Shown here: piece after piece, positions 63,812-64,000 of the stretch
Position numbering within the stretch: the first letter of the stretch is position 1
Layout of the letters: every line of letters starts with the position of its first letter
NCBI RefSeq assembly: GCF_002105155.1
Contig: NW_019028991.1
Location: 62,001 to 126,000, forward strand
Direction of reading: 5' to 3'
Origin: Lobosporangium transversale
Taxonomy: Eukaryota
Length of the DNA: 64,000 nt
Made by a program: the position numbers and the translations under genes
Notes under the pieces: generated by a model
Database searches by the model: none
What the model was told of the DNA's origin: nothing
What the model saw: the letters and a program-made list of their open reading frames with translations, nothing else

Positions 63812-64000
63812 TAACAAGCGAGTGACCTCTCTGTGACGCGCACGTACCATGGGGGCGACTTTTCAAATTCTTTTATAGAGATGAAATCCAAAGTCGCCCC
63901 AGTTAATATTTTAGCGTGTTATTAAATTTCTATGACAAGCCTTTTTATAGGATTAAGAACTATATATATTATGTATTACTGTATACTGTGACGAAAATTC

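Noticed and set aside
1..64000. tRNA, rRNA or CRISPR arrays
   Set aside because: By eye I saw no cloverleaf or T-loop signatures, rRNA-like sequence or repeat-spacer arrays. tRNAscan-SE and Infernal were not run.

Overview
Eukaryotic, intron-containing fungal DNA. It is very rich in A/T homopolymers, and the gene content fits an early-diverging fungus of the Mortierellaceae/Mucoromycota type (an inference). About 14 host genes can be read: DGAT1, a mitochondrial carrier, a small GPI-type Cys-rich protein, an MFS monocarboxylate-type transporter, an amino-acid transporter, three tandem zinc-finger transcription factors, a PHD/AT-hook chromatin protein, a MKK1-like MAPKK, arginase, a TBRG1-like FYRN/FYRC protein, a Frizzled/Smoothened-like GPCR and a PPZ-type phosphatase. 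Two highlights stand out. (1) An intact, apparently young 2342-bp IS630-Tc1-mariner transposon (6958-9299) has perfect 37-bp TIRs, a TA target duplication and an unusual D-131-D-87-E catalytic triad resembling Sailor/DD82E. (2) A co-oriented cluster of three highly diverged paralogous transcription factors (17.5-32.9 kb) shares an atypical C2H2 + C2HC finger pair and is separated by long non-coding spacers. Also present are decayed TE relics (DUF6589-like, integrase/Ginger-like), a candidate MITE and a structured arginase intron. Genes right of about 44 kb carry many single-base frameshifts that look like consensus errors.
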